From: a virus
Lineage: Duplodnaviria > Caudoviricetes
Direction: 5' to 3' (one strand)
DNA: 24,976 nt
Virus record (IMG/VR): IMGVR_UViG_3300021082_000090
Coordinates: 1-24,976 of that record
In this document: positions 9,209 through 17,356 of the stretch, one piece after another
How positions within the stretch are numbered: position 1 is the first letter of the stretch
Layout: each line of letters begins with the position of its first letter
Notes under the pieces: generated by a model
What the model saw: the letters and a program-made list of their open reading frames with translations, nothing else
What the model was told of the DNA's origin: nothing
The model's database searches: none
Translations under genes and position numbers: made by a program

Positions 9209-9258
9209 ACCCGGATGATTACGCCCTCCTGGTTGAATTGGTCACGCCGCGCGAGTAA
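9113..9258 (+). other. Programmed -1 frameshift site and gpT-like extension
   Basis: GCG GAA AAA AAA ATC (A9 at 9117-9125). The -1 frame reads NPDWLDQRRSDLGLAVRCGWRVDWVRELDPDDYALLVELVTPRE and stops at 9256-9258, 3 bp before the tape measure ATG, as in the lambda G/GT arrangement. Confidence 0.88.
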
Positions 9259-9261
9259 CCC

Positions 9262-11085
9262 ATGCCGATAACCGGCCATTTCGAGGCGGACTTTTCCCAA
9301 TTCAACGAGGGCGTCAAGGACGCGACGGAGACCCTCAAGGACTTTCAGAAAGATTCGACCAACGCGGGCAAGGAAATCGACAAACTGGGGAAAGAGGCGC
9401 CCGCCGCGATCAACAAGATTACGACGGAGACGAAGGGCGCCAGTACCTCGTTGATCGACATGTCCGGCGTCGCGAAACAATTGGCGGGCGTCATGGCGGG
9501 CGCGTTCAGCGTCAATGCCATTCTGAATTTCGCGCAATCGGTCCTCGATACCGCGGACGCCATTGGGAAACTGTCCGCGCAAACGGGCATGACCTACGAC
9601 GAGGTCCAGCGTCTCCAGTACATCAGCGGACAGACCGGATCGGGCATGGGCGCGTTGACGAGCGCCGCGCAGCAATTACGCATCGACCTGGGCGACGACA
9701 ACAAGGGCGTCGTGGCCGCGTTGAAGCATCTGAACATCAACCTGGAGGACTTCAAGGACCTGGGCGCCTATTCCCAGATGACCCAATTGTCGACGGCGAT
9801 TGCCGGTCTCAAAAATCCGTACGATCAGGCGACGACCGCGGAAGCGTTGTTCCACAAACAGTGGAAAGAAATTTTCCCGGCCATGAAAACGGACATGGGC
9901 GAACTGGGAAAACAGGCATGGGTCATGGGCGACGACATGGTCAACAACATGCGTCGGACCAAGGACGAATGGGCGGCGACCAAACAGGCGTTGACGTTTG
10001 TCGGCGGCGAGATTATCGCCGTCATGCATGCCGTCGCGGAGGAGGTCAAGAAAGGGACCGCGGGTCCCGGCGGACTGGGCGGAACCTTTGACGCGTACGT
10101 CGTCGCGATTAGCAAATCCATTGCGGACCTCAAAGCCAAACTGGGCGGCGGCGAGTCCGGATTGGGCGGCGCCATTGCGGCGATTCCGCCGTTGCTCAAA
10201 CCGGTGGAAACCGGATTCAAGGCGATTGCGTTGTCGGCGGCGGACGCCAAGGTACAGGAGGACTCCTGGACGGCGTCGATCAAGGAACGGATCGCCCAGG
10301 AGAAAACGGAGCAAGACTTTCTCGCCGCGCAAAAGGTCCATTACGAGGCGGTCGCGTCCCTCCAGGATCAGATTTTCGGGAAACCCGCATTAGACAAAGC
10401 GGTCGTCTGGTCGGACGCCATGGTGGGACTCAGCGACGACGTCGGCAAGCTCTCCGCGGAGATGCGGGTCGACCTGCAAAACGCGCTCGTCGCCGCCCAG
10501 GGCGAAATGCAGAAACTCGGACTCCTGAACTCGGACCTCTCCGTCCGGTACTCCACGCTGATTTCCGCGGTCGATACGTTCAACGGGTCCATGACACGGA
10601 CCGCGGAGGTCGTTGTCCCGGCGGCGACGGGCGCGGTCACGGACTTCACGCAAGCGTTGTACGACGAGGCGGTCGCGCAGGACGCGGTTGCGGCGGCGGC
10701 GGCGCGGGCCAACGCCGCGCGGGCGGGCGACATGGCGGCGGCGACCGGCGGCGGCGGCGGGTCGGGCAAGATTGGGTATCTCCCGCCGCGCGGGTCTGAA
10801 GGGTACGTCGCCATGTCCGGCGGGTCGACGTCCGGGTCCGGCGCGGGGTCGAGCTATTACACGCCGCCGCGACGCGCCGCGGGCGGACCGGTCGCCGCGG
10901 GTCAACCGTACGTCGTCGGCGAGAAAGGTCCGGAACTGTTCGTCCCGGGCGCGTCCGGCGCGATTGCTCCGGGCGGCGGCGCGGTCGTCTATAACACGTT
11001 CAATCTCGTCGATACCGAATCCAACCTCGCGCGGCGCGTGAGCGATACGATCCTCCGGACGATTACGTCCGCGCGACGGATGTAA
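9262..11085 (+). CDS. Tail tape measure protein
   Basis: N-terminal ADFSQFNEG, Ala-rich helical body, LSAQTG....VQRLQY, C-terminal RAAGGPV..GQPYVVGEKGPELFVP. Confidence 0.92.
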   Translation: MPITGHFEADFSQFNEGVKDATETLKDFQKDSTNAGKEIDKLGKEAPAAINKITTETKGASTSLIDMSGVAKQLAGVMAGAFSVNAILNFAQSVLDTADAIGKLSAQTGMTYDEVQRLQYISGQTGSGMGALTSAAQQLRIDLGDDNKGVVAALKHLNINLEDFKDLGAYSQMTQLSTAIAGLKNPYDQATTAEALFHKQWKEIFPAMKTDMGELGKQAWVMGDDMVNNMRRTKDEWAATKQALTFVGGEIIAVMHAVAEEVKKGTAGPGGLGGTFDAYVVAISKSIADLKAKLGGGESGLGGAIAAIPPLLKPVETGFKAIALSAADAKVQEDSWTASIKERIAQEKTEQDFLAAQKVHYEAVASLQDQIFGKPALDKAVVWSDAMVGLSDDVGKLSAEMRVDLQNALVAAQGEMQKLGLLNSDLSVRYSTLISAVDTFNGSMTRTAEVVVPAATGAVTDFTQALYDEAVAQDAVAAAAARANAARAGDMAAATGGGGGSGKIGYLPPRGSEGYVAMSGGSTSGSGAGSSYYTPPRRAAGGPVAAGQPYVVGEKGPELFVPGASGAIAPGGGAVVYNTFNLVDTESNLARRVSDTILRTITSARRM

Positions 11086-13379
11086 TGGCGGCGACGTCGA
11101 ACAACGCGATTCTCAACGTCGGGCGTCTCAACGCGTTCCGGTTGAATTACGTTCAACCCGCGCTCAAGGTCGTCCGCGACAAGGCGATCACGATTACCCT
11201 CGACGGGGTACCCCTCAAGGTCCGGTACCGGTCGGTCGTCATCAAGGACGTCATCAACGACGCGCCCAATACCTGTACGTTGCTCGTCGACGACGCGACG
11301 CCGCCGGTTGTCGGCAAGCGGTTGCGGATCGTCCTGGGCGTCGACCCCAAGGTCCTCTTATTCGTCGGACCGTTGCAGTCCGCGCGCGAAACCTACGTCG
11401 GGAAACCGGACGTCCTGGAATGGCAATGCGAGGCGATTGACGATACCCAACGGTCCGATTGGTTGCGTCCGTTTGGCGCATGGGAAAACGTCTCCGCGAC
11501 GACCGTCGCCCAACAATTGATCGCGTCGTTCGCGCCCGGATTTTCCGCCGCCGGGGTACAGGCGGGACTCGCGCCCGTGACGCTCTATCTCGACGGGACC
11601 GAACGCATGGGCGGCGCGTTGAAATTGATCGCCAAACTGATTGGCGGCTATTACTACGTCGAGGACTACGTCCTGCATTTGTTCGTCGGGTCCGAATCGG
11701 GCGCGACGCCGGACCCCGTCGACGGGCGCCCGCATCAATTGCACCAGGACCCGTCGTTGACCTACGCGTCCGACGATTCGCAAATCCGGACGCGCGTCTA
11801 CGGCAAGGGGCACGGCGAACCGACGTTGACCGCAACCCTCGCGAACGAGTCCCGGTTGCCGATTGCGAATACGGTCATGTTCAACGCGGGCGGCGGCAAG
11901 GCGATTTCCGAATGGCAACGGCTGGCGTATACCGGGACGGTCCTGGGCGGAACGGGCGCCCTCGTCGGTCCCGGCGTGACGCCCTCCGGCGCGCCCGTCG
12001 CGGCGATTCTCGACGGGTCCGGCGTCAATCCGGGCGCCCACAATTACGCGTATACCTGGGTCACCGCGGCGGGACAAACGGCGCCCTCGCCCATTGCGAC
12101 GGTCTCGATTACGGGCGGGACGGTCGCGGCGCCGACGTTCAGCGTTTCGCAAGGGGTCCAATTCGGCGGACCGCCCGCAGGAACGACCCTCAATTACCAG
12201 ATGTTTATTACGGACGGCGCGGGCGGCGGGTTTTTTTCCGCGGGGTCGCCGGTCCTGGGCATTGTCTCCAACGGCAATCGACCCTCTCTGTATTTCACGA
12301 CGACCGTCGACATGCGCGGGCGCATTGTCCAGTTTTTCCGACAGGACAACGGCGGACTCTGGTCGCCGGTTCCCATTCAAAACGGACCGGTCGGGTCGAG
12401 TACGTTTAACCCGTTCCCGTTGTCGCAACCGCCCGGATACGGCCAACAGTGGACGGACGGTCTCGTCAACTTTACCGGCGGGTCCGCGACGCCGCCGGGA
12501 CCCAATAACGGACCGTTGACCAGTGGACGCGTCCAACTGTCCGGGATTTCGCCGGGACCCGCCGGGACGATCTATCGCTACCTGTGGCGAACGGCGGCGA
12601 ACGCGTCACAACTGCAATTCCTGTACGGGTACGCGGACAATACGACGACGACCCATACCGACGCCGCCGCGGACGCGACGTTGACCGGCGCGGCGCCGAC
12701 CGTCGATACCTCCGGGTTGACCATGCCCGCGGGACAGGTGCTCCCAGGGTCCGCGACGTTCCCGGTCTCCGCGACCGGATGGACGGTTCCCGGCGGCGGG
12801 TGGGCGGTCGTCGGCAACGGCGATCAAGTGATCCGGTACTCCGGCGTGACCGGGAACGCGTTGACCGGGATTCCTGCGACCGGTCCCGGCGCCGTCATTG
12901 CCGCGGTCAATTTCAACAGTACCGTGACCGGCGCGCCCATGTTGACCGGCGTCACGGGCAACGGGACGGGACTGCGCGAGGGCGCGCCCGTCAACATCTG
13001 GGTCCAGGTCGACGACGTGACCGCGCAAGCGGAACTTGCGGCGCGGGTCGGCGGGTCCGGCGTCATTGAACATCTAATCCAGGACGAACGCCGCGGCGAG
13101 GCGTCGTTGAACGCCCTCGCGACCGCGGACCTCGCGTTGTATGCGCGCCCGATTGTCACAGTCCGGTACGCGACGTTTGATCCCAAATCGAAATCGGGAC
13201 GACCGGTCCGCGTCACGTTGCCCGCGTTGGGGATTGATCAAACCCTGATGGTCCAGGACGTCACGATTGACAACCTCGGACCGACCGTCCCGCGGTTTAC
13301 CGTGACCGCCAGCTCTGTCCGGTCGTCATTGGAGGACGTCCTCAGGCAATTGGTCGGGACGTTGGAGGAGGGGTTTTAA
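11085..13379 (+). CDS. Tail tip / baseplate hub protein with inserted beta-rich domains
   Basis: TAATG coupled to the tape measure gene. Hub-like N-terminus (NTCTL, LLFVG, AIDDT, YYYVED..LHLF, IRTRVYG.G) and C-terminus (GVIEH.I.D, SG..V.V.LP.LGI..TLMVQDVTI); Gly/Thr-rich insert. Confidence 0.75.
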   Translation: MAATSNNAILNVGRLNAFRLNYVQPALKVVRDKAITITLDGVPLKVRYRSVVIKDVINDAPNTCTLLVDDATPPVVGKRLRIVLGVDPKVLLFVGPLQSARETYVGKPDVLEWQCEAIDDTQRSDWLRPFGAWENVSATTVAQQLIASFAPGFSAAGVQAGLAPVTLYLDGTERMGGALKLIAKLIGGYYYVEDYVLHLFVGSESGATPDPVDGRPHQLHQDPSLTYASDDSQIRTRVYGKGHGEPTLTATLANESRLPIANTVMFNAGGGKAISEWQRLAYTGTVLGGTGALVGPGVTPSGAPVAAILDGSGVNPGAHNYAYTWVTAAGQTAPSPIATVSITGGTVAAPTFSVSQGVQFGGPPAGTTLNYQMFITDGAGGGFFSAGSPVLGIVSNGNRPSLYFTTTVDMRGRIVQFFRQDNGGLWSPVPIQNGPVGSSTFNPFPLSQPPGYGQQWTDGLVNFTGGSATPPGPNNGPLTSGRVQLSGISPGPAGTIYRYLWRTAANASQLQFLYGYADNTTTTHTDAAADATLTGAAPTVDTSGLTMPAGQVLPGSATFPVSATGWTVPGGGWAVVGNGDQVIRYSGVTGNALTGIPATGPGAVIAAVNFNSTVTGAPMLTGVTGNGTGLREGAPVNIWVQVDDVTAQAELAARVGGSGVIEHLIQDERRGEASLNALATADLALYARPIVTVRYATFDPKSKSGRPVRVTLPALGIDQTLMVQDVTIDNLGPTVPRFTVTASSVRSSLEDVLRQLVGTLEEGF

Positions 13380-13909
13380 TGCCGATCAACAGGGGTCCGT
13401 TCAATGCCCTAGTCGACGATTCGGGCAATGGGACGTCCGGGTCCATCTGGAACAAGGCGGCGATCCAAAACGTCTTGCTCGATCCGATTGATCAATCCAT
13501 CGGCGCGCCATGGCTCGCGTTTAGTCCGTCCTGGTACGGGTCCGGCGGGATTGGTCCCGGACTCGGGAACGGGACGTCGGCAGGGATCTACGTCGTCATC
13601 GGGAAAATCTGTTTCTTTGAGTTCACGATCTGGACCGGCAGTACGACCAGTTTTGGATCTGGGACGATGTATCAATTCAACGGTCCGACCGTCCCGTACA
13701 GTCCGCCCCTAGCGGGACGCCAGAGCCCCAATATTCAAATGCATTTGATGACCGGCGGCGGCGGCGGCGTCCCGCTGATTACCTGTATCGGTGGACCGCT
13801 TGGTTTTTACGGCGTCACCGTGACCGGCGCACTACTGGGTCCAACGGCGCCGCACACCCTGGACGCCGGGACCGCGTTTTTTTGCCGCGGGACGTATCCG
13901 ACGACCTGA
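13379..13909 (+). CDS. Putative receptor-binding / short tail fibre protein
   Basis: Last structural gene; W.AFSPSW......LGNGT..G.Y.VIGK.CF pattern typical of fibre head domains. Confidence 0.65.
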   Translation: MPINRGPFNALVDDSGNGTSGSIWNKAAIQNVLLDPIDQSIGAPWLAFSPSWYGSGGIGPGLGNGTSAGIYVVIGKICFFEFTIWTGSTTSFGSGTMYQFNGPTVPYSPPLAGRQSPNIQMHLMTGGGGGVPLITCIGGPLGFYGVTVTGALLGPTAPHTLDAGTAFFCRGTYPTT

Positions 13910-13917
13910 GAGGGACC

Positions 13918-14199
13918 ATGGCTGCTCCACAAGGCGGACAGAAAAACTACGTGACCAAACCCCAACAGGTCTACGGCGAACAGTATCTCGAGGGCGGGAC
14001 GTTGCCGGTCGGCGCGGTCCCGGACTTTGGCGACCTGTTTCCGGCGTCCGGCGGACCATACCTCAACGGGACGGCTGGATTTTTTACGTTGCGCTCGACC
14101 GACTGGGTTCTGACGAACAAACGGACGGGCGTCCCGATTGAGGCGATTACCGACGAGGAGTTTACCGAACGGTACGGCGGCGGCGGTCCGCCCGCGTGA
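13918..14199 (+). CDS. Hypothetical protein
   Basis: GAGAGGGA RBS before ATG 13918; DWVL...G.......EEF.ERY resembles a common small phage family. Confidence 0.7.
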   Translation: MAAPQGGQKNYVTKPQQVYGEQYLEGGTLPVGAVPDFGDLFPASGGPYLNGTAGFFTLRSTDWVLTNKRTGVPIEAITDEEFTERYGGGGPPA

Positions 14200-14276
14200 C
14201 GCCGGAGGGTCCGGTCCTCGCGGTTCTGACCCTCCTGGGACTCCTGGTCATTGCGCGGTTGGCGCGTCGACGCTAA
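14196..14276 (+). CDS. 26-aa membrane peptide
   Basis: GTGA coupled to the upstream stop; MTPEGPVLAVLTLLGLLVIARLARRR (TM helix plus basic tail). Not in the ORF track. Confidence 0.55.
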   Translation: MTPEGPVLAVLTLLGLLVIARLARRR

Positions 14277-14397
14277 ACGGCCCGTCCGGGCGCCCAGGAG
14301 ACCGCAGGAGGGCCGAACGGCGATTCCGACGAGGGTCAGACCGTCCGGACCCGCGCCCGTTCTAAACGCCCGTCTCCGGTCTCGTCTGTTTCGACCG

Positions 14398-14416
14398 GGA
14401 GACAGGACGGAGACAG
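14398..14416 (+). repeat. Putative integrase arm-type site pair (left)
   Basis: GGAGACAG at 14398 and 14409 (11-bp spacing), matched by a similar pair on the other side of the attP core. Confidence 0.6.
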
Positions 14417-14459
14417 AAATCCGGGTCGGGTTGAGACTTTGCGTTTTTGTTAGGGATTT

Positions 14460-14505
14460 TGGTCGGGATGATCGGATTTGAACCGATGACCCCCTGACCC
14501 CCAGT
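14460..14505 (-). other. attP core: 3' half of tRNA-Pro(GGG)
   Basis: Minus strand reads A-CTGGGGG-TCAGG-GGGTC-ATCGG-TTCAAAT-CCGAT-CATCCCG-ACCA: anticodon loop, T-arm, acceptor 3' strand and CCA. The 5' half is absent. Lies ~220 bp upstream of int. Confidence 0.9.
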
Positions 14506-14603
14506 GTAGGAACGTTCGGGTTCCGGTCCCGCCGGTTTTGTTCCAGAATTGCCAGACCTCCGCTCCATGTTCGCCATTTCCCTGAGCAATTCCCTCGATA
14601 CCG

Positions 14604-14643
14604 CTCGTCTCAACTCGTCTCAATTGGTCTCGACTAATCTCAA
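14604..14643 (+). repeat. Four phased 10-bp repeats in the attP arm (candidate excisionase/RDF sites)
   Basis: CTCGTCTCAA, CTCGTCTCAA, TTGGTCTCGA, CTAATCTCAA in tandem. Confidence 0.65.
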
Positions 14644-14659
14644 CGAGTTCTGCAAAATA

Positions 14660-14678
14660 GGAGACGACGAGGAGATAG
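14660..14678 (+). repeat. Putative integrase arm-type site pair (right)
   Basis: GGAGACGA at 14660 and GGAGATAG at 14671 (11-bp spacing, same orientation as the left pair). Confidence 0.55.
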
Positions 14679-14726
14679 GCGGGGTCATGTCGACCCCCTG
14701 ACCGATCCTCAGAGGGTCCTGCAACC

Positions 14727-16013
14727 ATGCCACGCCACAACCGGATCGCGTTGACCGACCGCGCCATCCGCGCCGCCAAAGTCCAACCCGGACGGGCAAC
14801 CGCCGACCTGTTCGATTCGCTCGTGGTCGGACTCGTCCTCCGCGTCTCCGCGACCGGTCGCCGCGTCTGGTACGCGACGTATAAGAAACCCGGCGCGACA
14901 AACAAAACCTGGATGACGGTCGTCGATCCGGCGTCCGGGTCGTACGCGTACCCGATTGTTGACCTGGGACGGGCGCGCGAACTCGCGACCGAACTCCTGA
15001 AGGTCGCCGGGACGGGCAAGGACCCGCGCGCGGTCGTCGCCGCCGCCGCCGCCAAACAGGTCGAACAGGCGTCGCGGACATGGACCGACCTGGGCAAGCT
15101 CTATATCGACGTTTGGGCGCGCCCGCGCAAAAAAACGTGGAAGGACGATCAGGCGGACATTAAACGCCAACTGGCGGATTGGGCGACGACGCCGGTCGTC
15201 GAGACGACCCGCATGGACGTCAAGCGATTGACGGCGTCCATCATTGCCCGCGGCGCGCCAACCCGCGCCAATCGCATCCATTCCCTGATTTCAAAAATGC
15301 TCTGGGTCGCGTTCGACCATGAATGGGTCCCCATGAATGTCACGGCGCGCATGGGGAAACCCGCGCCCGAACAGAAACGGCGCCGCCGGTTGTCCGACGA
15401 GGAGGTCGCGAAATTCTGGGACTGGTTGAACCGACCCGCGCCCGCGGACCTCGACGAGGTCCTTGCGAACAACTGGGTCCTGTACCGCGCGATGTTGAAA
15501 CTCCGGTTGATGACCGCGGCGCGCGGGAATGAAATCCTCTCCATGCGATGGGCGGACCTGTCCTGGTCGACGGGTCCGGAGGGATCGTGGTGGACGATTC
15601 GCGAGACGAAAAACGGGCGGTCACACCGGTTGCCGTTGACGACCCTCGCGATCAAGGTCCTCCGCGACCTGGAATCGCGCGCGACCGACCTGGACCCGGA
15701 GACGTTCGTATTCGCCGGGATTCGCGGCAAGCGGCAGCAACGCGGGTTCCTGGTCGATCTACCCTTCCGGAAAACGACGGAGGGATTCAAACCGCGGGAC
15801 TTGCGGCGGACCGTGACGACGAACCTCGCGGCGTTGGGCGTCTCGCGGTTTGACGTGCAACGGGTCCTCAATCATGCGGACCCGGACGTGACCGCGGACT
15901 ATGACCTGTATGCGTACGGTCCGGAGAAACGCGCCGCCCTCGACAAGTGGGACGCGCGGTTGACCGTCCTCACAACGCCGCCGTCGACGCTCCGTCTCGT
16001 CGACCGCGCCTAA
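14727..16013 (+). CDS. int: Tyrosine integrase (P4-like, with N-terminal arm-binding domain)
   Basis: N-terminal LTDRAIRAAK..D....GLVLRVSATG.R.W; catalytic TAARGNEI, ETKNG, RDLRRT, LNH and DY; adjacent to attP. Confidence 0.95.
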   Translation: MPRHNRIALTDRAIRAAKVQPGRATADLFDSLVVGLVLRVSATGRRVWYATYKKPGATNKTWMTVVDPASGSYAYPIVDLGRARELATELLKVAGTGKDPRAVVAAAAAKQVEQASRTWTDLGKLYIDVWARPRKKTWKDDQADIKRQLADWATTPVVETTRMDVKRLTASIIARGAPTRANRIHSLISKMLWVAFDHEWVPMNVTARMGKPAPEQKRRRRLSDEEVAKFWDWLNRPAPADLDEVLANNWVLYRAMLKLRLMTAARGNEILSMRWADLSWSTGPEGSWWTIRETKNGRSHRLPLTTLAIKVLRDLESRATDLDPETFVFAGIRGKRQQRGFLVDLPFRKTTEGFKPRDLRRTVTTNLAALGVSRFDVQRVLNHADPDVTADYDLYAYGPEKRAALDKWDARLTVLTTPPSTLRLVDRA

Positions 16014-16231
16014 GCGGGGTCGGGGTCGTACGCTCCTGGCAACGGGACAATCGGCGCGAGACCATTCGCGACCCGCCGCGGGTTGACCCGCTCGACGCAG
16101 TCACGACAGACCGGTTCGCGCGTCCCGTTCACCGGCAACGACGGGACGCGCGAGGGACTGAACGAAAACAACCGCCGACAACCGATACATTCGCCTATCA
16201 CCCAGACGACCGGTCCGTCGTCGTCCCGCAT
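16010..16231 (-). CDS. 73-aa C4 zinc-binding protein
   Basis: GAGGT RBS before ATG 16231; CIGC...CRDC; stop overlaps the convergent int stop. Confidence 0.75.
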   Translation of the reverse strand: MRDDDGPVVWVIGECIGCRRLFSFSPSRVPSLPVNGTREPVCRDCVERVNPRRVANGLAPIVPLPGAYDPDPA

Positions 16232-16244
16232 ACCCAACCTCTGA

Positions 16245-16397
16245 TTAGCGCGGCGGTTTTTTCGGGAACCGCCGCGGTCGATTCCAGTACGGCGATTTGC
16301 ATTTCGGACAGGTCGCGGGCGCGTACCCCTTTTCCCGCGGCATCCATTCGTACCCGCAACGTTCACACCGCCAACCCGTGAAATGAGCTTTCGCCAT
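16245..16397 (-). CDS. 50-aa C4 zinc-ribbon protein, basic C-terminus
   Basis: MAKAHFTGWRCERCGYEWMPREKGYAPATCPKCKSPYWNRPRRFPKKPPR: CxxC-x15-CxxC with the CPKCKSPYW motif. Confidence 0.8.
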   Translation of the reverse strand: MAKAHFTGWRCERCGYEWMPREKGYAPATCPKCKSPYWNRPRRFPKKPPR

Positions 16398-16515
16398 GCG
16401 ACGCTTGGGATTGTCGTCTGACGAACGGCGTCGGCAGTATACGCGCCCAATGCCATTGGTTGTAGGAATAGGTCCGACCCCATACCGCGCTGCCCATACT
16501 GAAGCTTGCGACAAA

Positions 16516-16574
16516 CTGCAATAAATTGCAGCTAGCTGAAGTATTGCAACTAATGGCAGTGCAACGGGTTGCAG
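16516..16574. promoter_or_regulatory. Three 16-bp operator-like palindromes in the divergent control region
   Basis: CTGCAATAAATTGCAG (16516-16531), TTGCAACTAATGGCAG (16544-16559), GTGCAACGGGTTGCAG (16559-16574); consensus TGCAA-N4-TKGCA in an AT-richer intergenic stretch. Confidence 0.65.
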
Positions 16575-16680
16575 GGTTTCTTTGGACGGGGACAAATTTT
16601 CCGAATTCCGCCGCTGAAATCGGGAGACTATGCCGGTTCTTCTGGGGTCGACGGGACTCTATGGCGCGGAGGACGACAGT

Positions 16681-16920
16681 ATGGGACGACAGGCGGCGGC
16701 GACGCGAACCAAGCGACGACGGTCTCCCGGTCCGTCCGTCCATCTCAAAATCGCCATCATCAAAAGCCGGATGCCGCAATTCGTCATTGCGGAGAAACTC
16801 CGGATTTCGATTTTCCGGTTGTCGCGCATTGTCCGCGGACGCCAGCAACCGACCCAGGACGAACAGGATCGACTTGCCAAGATTTTAAAGGAACCGCGGT
16901 TGTTCAGCGGGACGCCATGA
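16681..16920 (+). CDS. XRE/Cro-like helix-turn-helix regulator
   Basis: LKIAIIKSRMPQFVIAEKLRISIFRLSRIVRGRQQPT..EQDRLAKIL; first rightward gene (start 16681 or 16630). Confidence 0.82.
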   Translation: MGRQAAATRTKRRRSPGPSVHLKIAIIKSRMPQFVIAEKLRISIFRLSRIVRGRQQPTQDEQDRLAKILKEPRLFSGTP

Positions 16921-17147
16921 GGCGACGACCGGCGGTCGCCGTTCGCGGCGATTCGATCCTCCGCTTGCCGGACGTCCTCGCGCGCGTCGGACTCTCGCGC
17001 CCGACCCTGTACCGGTTGATTGCCCTTGGGACGTTCCCGCGGGCGTTGCCCTTGGGACCGCAAGCGGTCGGCTGGCGCGCGAGCGACGTCGACCAATGGA
17101 TTGCGGACCGCATTAACCCGACCGACGCCGCGCGACGGACGGGATGA
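16917..17147 (+). CDS. alpA: AlpA-family regulator / excisionase
   Basis: ILRLPDVLARVGLSRPTLYRLIALGTFPRALPLGPQAVGWRASDVDQWI; ATGA coupled. Confidence 0.92.
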   Translation: MRRRPAVAVRGDSILRLPDVLARVGLSRPTLYRLIALGTFPRALPLGPQAVGWRASDVDQWIADRINPTDAARRTG

Positions 17148-17356
17148 TTGCCGAGCTCGTCTGCCGGTTGACCGGCGGACATGTATGGATTCAAACCGTC
17201 CAGGACGGGCGGTTGCGTCTGGTTTGTTTGCACTGTCTCGCGCGGACGCATGGCTGGAGTCCGAATGACCAACCCCGAACCAACCCCGTCGACCGACCTC
17301 GCGACGCGACCCGACAAGGTCCCGGTCGCGTTTGGCGTCGCGCCAGAGACCTATGA
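17144..17356 (+). CDS. Small Cys/His protein
   Basis: ATGA coupled; C...GH.W......CLHC; the 3' part overlaps recT. Confidence 0.55.
   Translation: MIAELVCRLTGGHVWIQTVQDGRLRLVCLHCLARTHGWSPNDQPRTNPVDRPRDATRQGPGRVWRRARDL

Noticed and set aside
10680-10860. GGC/GCG-rich low-complexity tract
   Set aside because: Encodes the Ala/Gly linker of the tape measure protein; not a separate repeat element.
13379-14199. Diversity-generating retroelement or invertible tail-fibre system
   Set aside because: No reverse transcriptase, invertase or template/variable repeat pair seen.
14460-14540. Possible complete tRNA-Pro gene
   Set aside because: Only the anticodon loop to CCA is present. The D-arm and 5' acceptor strand are missing, so it is called as attP.
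14604-14643. Short repeats as a CRISPR array
   Set aside because: 10-bp tandem units with no spacers and no cas genes; the same applies to the 12-bp iterons at 21559-21618.
16400-16680. Specific sigma70 -35/-10 promoter calls in the switch region
   Set aside because: No hexamer pair with convincing consensus and spacing could be fixed by eye.
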